Assembly: GCA_963701965.1 (NCBI GenBank)
Contig: OY969695.1
Coordinates: 3,264,001-3,328,000, forward strand
DNA from: an uncultured Gemmatimonadales bacterium
GTDB lineage: Bacteria; Gemmatimonadota; Gemmatimonadetes; Gemmatimonadales; Gemmatimonadaceae
Direction: 5' to 3'
DNA: 64,000 nucleotides
This document shows, piece by piece, positions 57,069-64,000 of this stretch. Numbering within the stretch: position 1 is the stretch's first letter; the number at the start of each line of letters is the position of its first letter. Position numbers and translations under genes: made by a program. Under the pieces are notes generated by a model. It was not told the origin of the DNA. It saw nothing but the letters and a program-made list of their open reading frames with translations, and searched no databases.

Positions 57069-59167
57069 TGGTGTCCTCGATGCGCTGGAGAGGTCGCACG
57101 GTGCGCACGCCGGCCCGCGCCGTCAAATCGCCGGGTGCCGCTTTGGCGGCGGCCAGCGCGGCGTCATCGCTCGGCGGGGTTCCGTCGACCCGCCACAGGT
57201 AGACGTATCGCCCTTCGGTCAGCGGCAGGGTGACCGTCCATTTGTCGCCGTCGCGGGTGGCGGCGGCCGGCGGCGTCGTGGAAATCGAGAGCTCCACGGA
57301 CTTCGCTTGCGGCGCGATCAGCTCGAACTTCGCCAACTCCCCCCAGTGCCTGCGGAGGAGGAAATGGTGATCCGGATCGACCCGCACCGCGGTCACGTCC
57401 CCGACACTCCCAACGTCGAGCGTATCCGCGCGTCCTGTCAGAATGCACCGCCCGCCGGCTCTCGCCGGCGGCGGTCTGCAGCGCGATATCGAGAGGCAAG
57501 TCGAAGAGGGCGCCAGGCTGCGACTGGGTGACGATCAGCCTCGATCCGTCGACGCGGGCGTCGACGTCGGGGACGTACTGGCTGGAGAGCCAGGGCATGA
57601 TGAACGCCGTCATGTCATGTCCCGCGGCGTGCGACATGGCGGCGATCAACTCCTCGTACCCGTCCGGCCCGTGCCCGCAGCGCGCAATGTACTCGCGCAT
57701 GCCGCGGTCGAACACCGCGTCGCCCAGCAATGTATTCAGCGCCCGGAGAATCCACGAGCCTTTCGTGTAATGAATGCGTCCGTTGTCGGGATTGCCGAGG
57801 ATGCTCTGTTTCCCTTCGAAGCGGTTGCCCGCGAAGTAGCCCGTGCTCGCCCGATCCCAGAATTTCTCCTCGGCGGCCGCGCCGAACACGTCGCGCAGGA
57901 GCAGGGACTCGGAGTACGTCGCCCATCCCTCGCGCAGGAAATTCGCCGCCGGGCCCGAGGCGTTCATGGTCCAGGCATGGGATACTTCGTGGGCGAACGG
58001 GTACGAGGGGCCGAGGTCCGGTTCATCGAGGAACGTGGCCTTGTCTCCCGAGACGATGGCATCGTTCATGCGGACCGCGAATCCGCCCCCGTGCAGCTCC
58101 CGGTCTTCGACGACCGCGAAGTAGTTCGTCATCCCGCGAGGCTCGCCAAAGCGCCCCGCGAGGATCCGGTGCACGCGGGCGATCACGGTGGCCATCGTGT
58201 CGATCGAGAATTTGAAGCCTGGCGTGACGAACGTCGCCACGCGGAGGCTGTCGATCGTGCGGTGTGCCGGCTGCCAATTCCGGTCGTAGATCAGCGCCAG
58301 GAGGAACTGCGGATATTGACTCTGTCCGTGCACCGTTCGCACACCGTCATGAACGGATTCGGTCTGGGGCGCGGTCGTGGTCAGATGATACGCCGCCGGC
58401 AGGGTGACGGTGACGCTCAGCGGCGCCAGGTCATTGCCACTGTCGTAGTTGAAGAACGGGTGCCAGGCGTCGGTGTTGTGCATCGCCCCGTGGGCGGCGG
58501 CGCTGTCCGGCGTATCTATAGTATAGGTCAGCACCAAGCGGGCTCGCGGCGCCTTGCTCGTCGTTACCCAGAGGACTCCGCCGGCAAACGCGTACGGGGA
58601 CTGGCGGCCGTCGACCGTCAGGGCGGTGATGCGGGCCGCGTTGTTGAGACGTGCGCCGAACCCGTACGGGCTCCCGACGGTGACGGCGAGCGTGTCGACG
58701 ATGCGCGCGGTTTTGCCGGGCGAGAGCGCGACGTGGAGCGTTTGCTCCCGGATGACGTTGGCGGAGTCGAACGGGATCTGGTGCGTGAGCGCCCAGGTCG
58801 TGCCGGAGCGCACGGCTTCGTAGATGCCGGAAAAGCGGCGGACCTGGTTCGTCTCATCGCCGCCCGCCGAGAGGCCGTGGGCTTTGCCTTCCCGCACGGT
58901 GCCGGTCAGCAGGAGCACCGCGCGCCCGGGCGTCGCGCTCAGCACGCGGGCGAGGCCCGCTTCCCGGGTCAGGTGCCGCTCGGCGGCCGTCCGCACCACC
59001 GTGCGCCCGACGGGATCGGGATCGAGGCTGTCGAACGCATCGGGTGTTCCGGACACGAAGCGCGCCAGCACGAGGTGCGCCAGTGAGTCCGGCGTGGGCG
59101 CCTGGGCTCCGGCGCCCGCCGCGCCGAGGAGCGTGAACAGCAGCACGGAATAGGCCGTCGTGCGCAT
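57058..59167 (-). pseudogene. Secreted M1-family (gluzincin) aminopeptidase-like protein, +1 frameshift at ~57442
   Basis: Signal peptide; HEVSH...E zinc motif; 'YTKGS'. An extra T in minus-strand CAT t CTG separates the tail 'VRVDPDH...YVYLWRVDG' (Ig/CBM48-like). Confidence 0.8.
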
Positions 59168-59245
59168 TACGATCTCCTTAGGAAGATCTGTGCGCTCTAC
59201 GAGCCGCAAAGATCCTGCTGGCGCAAGTATTTCGATCTCATTATC

Positions 59246-59281
59246 ATTTGTCCGGACTAATAGTAATTTGTACGGACCAAT
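59246..59281. promoter_or_regulatory. Two tandem 16-bp GntR-type (HutC/DasR-like) operator palindromes
   Basis: ATTTGTCCGGACTAAT (59246-59261) and ATTTGTACGGACCAAT (59266-59281), 20-bp period. Confidence 0.55.
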
Positions 59282-59290
59282 TCGCCAATC

Positions 59291-59866
59291 ATGGGATATA
59301 CCGGGAGTCCCACACTGGGAGCCATACATGGTCCCGACTGGATGCATCGCATCCAGTGCGGCGATGAGACCGCGCACGAGACCCTGTTTCGGACCTTCGC
59401 GCCCGGCCTCGCCGCCTTCCTCGCCCGGTACGTCGGCAGCGGCGAGACGGCCGAGGATCTCGTGCAGGACCTCTTTCTCACGCTCTGGGCGCAGCGGGCC
59501 CAGATGCGGATCGCGGGCTCGGTGCGCACCTATCTGTTCACCGCCGCCCGCAACCGCGCCCTCAATCATCTGAAGCGCGAGCGCGTGGCCGACCGGTTCC
59601 GGATGGCCGTGCGGCGCTCCACCGATGCCTCCGACCCCTCGGCCCCGGGCGAGGCCGACCTCCTCGCCGCCATCGAGGCCCAGCGCGCCATCGACGCGCT
59701 GCCCCCCAAACGCCGGCGGATTTTCTCCCTCTGCCGGCAGCAGCACATGTCCCACAGTCAAATCGCCACGTTGCTGGGCATTTCCGTGAAGACCGTCGAA
59801 GTCCAGATGGGCCGGGCACTGAAGACCCTTCGTGCCCAGCACCGCGATTCGTTCACCTCTCTATAG
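59291..59866 (+). CDS. ECF RNA polymerase sigma-70 factor (FecI/Bacteroidetes-like)
   Basis: 'AEDLVQDLFLTLW', 'YLFTAARNRALN', 'IATLLGISVKTVE.QM.RAL'. Confidence 0.9.
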   Translation: MGYTGSPTLGAIHGPDWMHRIQCGDETAHETLFRTFAPGLAAFLARYVGSGETAEDLVQDLFLTLWAQRAQMRIAGSVRTYLFTAARNRALNHLKRERVADRFRMAVRRSTDASDPSAPGEADLLAAIEAQRAIDALPPKRRRIFSLCRQQHMSHSQIATLLGISVKTVEVQMGRALKTLRAQHRDSFTSL

Positions 59867-59877
59867 AGGAAGGGGCC

Positions 59878-62800
59878 ATGAGTCTTCGTGTAGTGTGCGC
59901 TCTCTCGCTGTTCGTCGCGCTCGCGTCTCGCGCCACCGTGCTCCACGCACAGGGGACCGGTGGCGTCGCGTCCGGAAAGGTCACCAATGTGCGAAACGGC
60001 CAGGGGATCGCCGGGGCCACGATCACCGTGGAGGGGTCGGAGCTGGCCACCACCAGTGGGCCGGACGGCACCTATCGCATCATTCGCCTCTCGGTCGGCC
60101 AACACGCTCTCACCGTCCGCGCCTTGGGGTTCGCCATGGGCCACAAGGTCGTGGCCATCGCCGCCGGGGCCACAGCGACGGCGGACTTCCCGCTCCAATT
60201 CTCGGCCGCCAACCTGCAACAGATCGTCGTCACCGGCACAGCCGGCGATCAGACCCGCGCCGCCCAAGGCGCCACGATCGCCAGCGTCGACGTCGGTGAC
60301 CTGAACACGAAAGCCCCCATCGCCACGGTGACCGAGACCCTGCAGGGCCGGGTCGCGGGCGTCGCCGTGACCAATGGCGCGGGCACATCGGGGACATCGG
60401 CGCGCATCACCATCCGCGGCCCGGCGTCGATCTCGCTGTCTGACGCCCCAATCGTGTTCATTGACGGCGTCCGCATGGACGCCGGCCAGCGAAACAATGT
60501 CCAGAACTTTCACGGTCTCGAGCGACTCGGCGGACAGTCGGCGTCAGCTCTCGACGATCTCAATCCCGATGACATCGAGAGCATCGAGATCGTGAAGGGG
60601 CCAGCGGCAGCCACACTCTACGGGGCCGACGCGTCAGCGGGCGTGATCCAGATCATTACCAAGAAGGGCAAACTCGGAAACGTGGCGTTCCACCAGAGCG
60701 TGACCGGTGAGTGGAACCAGATCTCGCCAAACTTCACGCCCTACAGTGTCTTCGGCACCTGCACCTCGGCGCTCATCGGCACGGGTGGGCCTGATATCTG
60801 CCAGGGGAAGACGGCAGGCACCGTGGTGTCCGACAATCCGCTCGTGCGGAACAATATCTTCCGCGACGGCAATCTCGGCGCGCTCTCGTACAGCGGGTAC
60901 GGCGGAACGGACGCATTCGGCTACTACATGTCGGCCAGCGCAAAGAACGAGCAGGGCACGACGCCGAACAACTACAACAAATGGCGGAACGGTCGCGCCA
61001 ACATGCACTGGGTCATCACGCCCCAGTTGAGCGTCGACGCCACCGCGGCGCTGAGCAAGACAGACTACGAAATTCCGACCGGTGATGACTCGCAGTATGG
61101 CTTTCTCACCGACGGCCAGTTCGAGTCCAGTCCCTTCGCCGTGACCATCGGCCCCAACGGCGTGCGCTCGGGCGGCTCCGCGTTCGCGCTCCAAGGCCTC
61201 GAGGCTATTCATAACGAGATCACGACCCAGCGCTTCACCCCGACGGCGCAGATTCAGTATCAGCCGTTCTCGTGGCTCTCGAACCGCGTCACCCTGGGCG
61301 GCGATTTCTCCTCGACGCACGCCGTGTCGCTCTTTCCGCCGAACGATCAGGGATGGTACTCGGGCGATCAGGCGAACGGGTACGTCGAAGACGTGCAGAA
61401 TCCGGTCAACGTCTACACGGTGGACTACCTCGGCAACATTCGCGCAAAGTTCGGCCGCGCCGGATGGATCACGTCGAACCTCTCGTTCGGTAGCCAGTAC
61501 ATCGACATCACGAACAACCAGCTGACCGGCGTCGGGCTCGGCCTGGCGACGACCGCCTCGCCGCTCGTCTCCTCGGCCTCGACGTCGGAGTCGCACCAGA
61601 CCTTCACCGAGTCCAAGTCGCTGGGCCTTCTGGTGCAAGAAGGGCTGGGCTTCGATGACGTGCTCTTCGTCCAAGGCGGATTCCGCGTCGACGAAAACTC
61701 GGCGTTCGGCCAATCATTTGGCTGGTTCTTCTTGCCAAAGGTGAGCGGTTCCTACGTCATCTCTCAGGAGCCCTTCTGGCGGTCCCTCCAGAGCACGGTC
61801 TCGACGCTCCGCCTGCGTGCGGCGTACGGAGAGACCGGCCGTTCACCGACGCCGGGCGCCTCGCTCACGACGTACGCGCCGTTCCCATTCGTGAACGGCA
61901 ATGGCAGCACGGGGCCTGGCGTCGTTCCGTTCAGCCCCGGCAACGCGGGTCTCAAGCCGGAGCGTGGGACCGAGTTCGAGACGGGTATCGACGCGGGCTT
62001 CCTGCAAGATCGCTTCGGCTTCGAGCTGACGTACTTCAACAAGCGCAGCACGAATCTCCTGCTCCTCCAACCGATCGCGCCGTCACTCGCGTTCACCTCA
62101 CAGCCGTTCGTGAACGCCGGCACCGTGGACAACAGCGGTCTGGAATTCACGGTGCGAGCCACACCGATCAGCCAGCGCATCGTCCAGTGGGACGTCGCGT
62201 TTACCGGCAACACACTACGCAACAATCTGGTGAGCCTTGGCGCCAACACGATCCCCAACACGGCGTTCCTGTCACCAGACCTCACCCAGCGGTTCGCCAC
62301 GGGGAATCCGCTGGCATCGCTCTTCTCCAGCAAGATCATCGGCGTGAACACGCAGAAGGGCTTCGCGACGGTGACCGACCAGCCGGTCTACGACGGCCCG
62401 CAGTTCCCGACGTTCCAGGCCAACGTCAATACGACGGTGACCCTCTGGCACACGCTCAAGCTCTATGGGCTGCTCACGACGCAGCGCGGCGGCAAGATCA
62501 TCAACGCCGGCCAGTATATCTATGACCTCGTCGGGATCAGCAGCCAGACGAACCTGCCGGCAGGGAAGGGTGGGTACACGGCCGCCCAAAAGTTGGAGCG
62601 GTTTGGGCCGTTCCAGACGGCGGACGGCACGCCGGTCGGCGGCGTCCTGGATGCCTACGTGCAGCGGACGGACTACACCCGATTGAGCGAGCTTTCGGCG
62701 ACGCTCATGATCCCGAGCTGGATCGCCCGGAAGCTCCATGGCGACGGCGCGTCGATCACCTTTGGCGGGCGCAATCTCTACCTGTGGAAGGCCGGCGACT

Positions 62801-62949
62801 ATCAGGGGTTCGACCCAGACATTCTCTCGAGCACTGCGCTCGATCCGTCGAACCCTGCCTCGCAGCAGGTCAAGCAGCTGTCGACGGTGGAGGAATTCAC
62901 CGTACCGCCCACGCGCCGGTGGTTCGTTCGCATGAACCTTCAGTTCTAG
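59878..62949 (+). CDS. SusC/RagA-family TonB-dependent outer-membrane transporter
   Basis: Signal peptide, carboxypeptidase-regulatory-like N-domain, 'VVTG', plug 'LNPDDIESIEIVKGPAAATLYG', 'LKPE', terminal F. Confidence 0.93.
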   Translation: MSLRVVCALSLFVALASRATVLHAQGTGGVASGKVTNVRNGQGIAGATITVEGSELATTSGPDGTYRIIRLSVGQHALTVRALGFAMGHKVVAIAAGATATADFPLQFSAANLQQIVVTGTAGDQTRAAQGATIASVDVGDLNTKAPIATVTETLQGRVAGVAVTNGAGTSGTSARITIRGPASISLSDAPIVFIDGVRMDAGQRNNVQNFHGLERLGGQSASALDDLNPDDIESIEIVKGPAAATLYGADASAGVIQIITKKGKLGNVAFHQSVTGEWNQISPNFTPYSVFGTCTSALIGTGGPDICQGKTAGTVVSDNPLVRNNIFRDGNLGALSYSGYGGTDAFGYYMSASAKNEQGTTPNNYNKWRNGRANMHWVITPQLSVDATAALSKTDYEIPTGDDSQYGFLTDGQFESSPFAVTIGPNGVRSGGSAFALQGLEAIHNEITTQRFTPTAQIQYQPFSWLSNRVTLGGDFSSTHAVSLFPPNDQGWYSGDQANGYVEDVQNPVNVYTVDYLGNIRAKFGRAGWITSNLSFGSQYIDITNNQLTGVGLGLATTASPLVSSASTSESHQTFTESKSLGLLVQEGLGFDDVLFVQGGFRVDENSAFGQSFGWFFLPKVSGSYVISQEPFWRSLQSTVSTLRLRAAYGETGRSPTPGASLTTYAPFPFVNGNGSTGPGVVPFSPGNAGLKPERGTEFETGIDAGFLQDRFGFELTYFNKRSTNLLLLQPIAPSLAFTSQPFVNAGTVDNSGLEFTVRATPISQRIVQWDVAFTGNTLRNNLVSLGANTIPNTAFLSPDLTQRFATGNPLASLFSSKIIGVNTQKGFATVTDQPVYDGPQFPTFQANVNTTVTLWHTLKLYGLLTTQRGGKIINAGQYIYDLVGISSQTNLPAGKGGYTAAQKLERFGPFQTADGTPVGGVLDAYVQRTDYTRLSELSATLMIPSWIARKLHGDGASITFGGRNLYLWKAGDYQGFDPDILSSTALDPSNPASQQVKQLSTVEEFTVPPTRRWFVRMNLQF

Positions 62950-62961
62950 GAGACGACGACC

Positions 62962-64000
62962 ATGACGAACATCGCAAAAATCGCCGTGTGTGCGTCGGCC
63001 CTGCTGGCGGGATGCACGATGGACGTGACCAACCCGTCGGTGATCGACGCCACGAAGTTCAACCCGGCCACCAATGGTCAAACGCTGGCGCTCTCGGCGC
63101 AGACGAACTTCTACATCGCGTTCCAGGATGTCACGCTCTTCGGCGGCCTCATTTCCGAAGAGGCATGGACGGGCGCGCTTCGTCTCGAAACGAACCGCAC
63201 ATCGGCCCGGACATTCGTCGGAACCGATGACATCAACGTGGACTTCTTCGCACCCCTGAGCCTGGCGCTGGTGTCGAACATTCAGGCGGCGGAGGTGCTC
63301 AAGAAGGGCGCGCAGGCGGCCACGGACATCAATCTTGCGACGGCGTCCATGAACGCCGGGTACTCGTTCGTGTTGGAGGCGGAGACGATGTGCGCGAGCG
63401 CTATCAGCGAGGGACCGCAAGTCTCCGATGTCCAGCTGCTAGACTCGGCCGTCGTCCGATTCAAAGACGCCATCACCGTTGCAAACGCGGCGGGAGCCAG
63501 CTCGATCGTGGCGCAATCGAACGTCGGATTGGCGCGCGCGTACCTCCAACTCCACGACTATGCAAACGCGGCATCGACCGCGGCGCTGGTGCCCGCCGGG
63601 TTCCAAGCGAACGTGATCACGACAGCCAACTCGGCCACCCTCGCGACGCTCGGGAATTTGATCTTCGCCACGCAGATCGGAAATCAGTTCATCGTGCCAG
63701 CCCGTTATCGGAACCTGAATGACTCGCGGGTGAAGGTCCAGCCTAACCCGGGAACGGCCACCAACCCAAACGTGGGGCTGTTCGATCAGCTGAAATACAC
63801 GGGGTACGACACGCCGTACCGGCTCGCGTCGACGCTCGAAGCGCAGTTCATTGGCGCCGAAGCCAAGCTTCACCAGGGGAATACGGCGCCGGCGTTAGCG
63901 TTGATCGCGGCGGAGCGTGCCGGCCAAGCGCAGGATACCGCATCATTCGGCACCGACACGCTGTCCGTGCTCGGCGCGCTCCTCAACGAGCGGGCGCGAG
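62962..64000 (+). CDS. RagB/SusD-family lipoprotein (runs off the window end)
   Basis: AGGAG RBS; 'MTNIAKIAVCASALLAGC' lipobox, 'VTNP', 'ARAYLQ', 'AEA'; frame is open to the end; immediately after susC. Confidence 0.85.
   Translation, partial: MTNIAKIAVCASALLAGCTMDVTNPSVIDATKFNPATNGQTLALSAQTNFYIAFQDVTLFGGLISEEAWTGALRLETNRTSARTFVGTDDINVDFFAPLSLALVSNIQAAEVLKKGAQAATDINLATASMNAGYSFVLEAETMCASAISEGPQVSDVQLLDSAVVRFKDAITVANAAGASSIVAQSNVGLARAYLQLHDYANAASTAALVPAGFQANVITTANSATLATLGNLIFATQIGNQFIVPARYRNLNDSRVKVQPNPGTATNPNVGLFDQLKYTGYDTPYRLASTLEAQFIGAEAKLHQGNTAPALALIAAERAGQAQDTASFGTDTLSVLGALLNERAR

Noticed and set aside
59232..59250. Fur-box-like ATGATAATGAG (minus strand) before the sigma/SusC locus
   Set aside because: Only about half of the 19-bp consensus matches; the adjacent twin palindromes explain the region better.
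1..64000. Mobile elements, prophage, tRNA/rRNA and defence systems
   Set aside because: I recognised no integrase, transposase, phage, cas or structural RNA signatures by eye; tRNAscan, Infernal and DefenseFinder were not run.

Overview
High-GC bacterial chromosomal window. A Gemmatimonadota-like origin is my inference from the SusC/SusD pair, the Hanks kinase, many secreted hydrolases and the codon style. I found no rRNA, tRNA, CRISPR array, integrase or transposase. The main structure is an approximately 16.5 kb island (29.8-46.4 kb) encoding a near-complete type II secretion system (gspL-M-C-like-D-E-F, gspK-I-J, gspG, gspH) split over four transcription units. A di-heme cytochrome c peroxidase/MauG-family gene with an imelysin-like N-terminal domain is translationally coupled to the major pseudopilin gspG. 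Two tandem secreted phosphoesterases (AcpA/phospholipase C family) follow, with PhoB-box-like 11-bp repeats in the promoters. This is the best candidate for an undescribed system: a phosphate-scavenging secretion module with its own heme enzyme. Other points of note are a c-di-GMP-I (GEMM) riboswitch ahead of a di-heme oxidoreductase lipoprotein, an ECF sigma-susC-susD locus with no anti-sigma and twin GntR-type operators, and at least nine genes with a TANNNT -10 element 5-8 nt before the start codon (leaderless-type). Several frameshifts and deletions are present and may be assembly errors.
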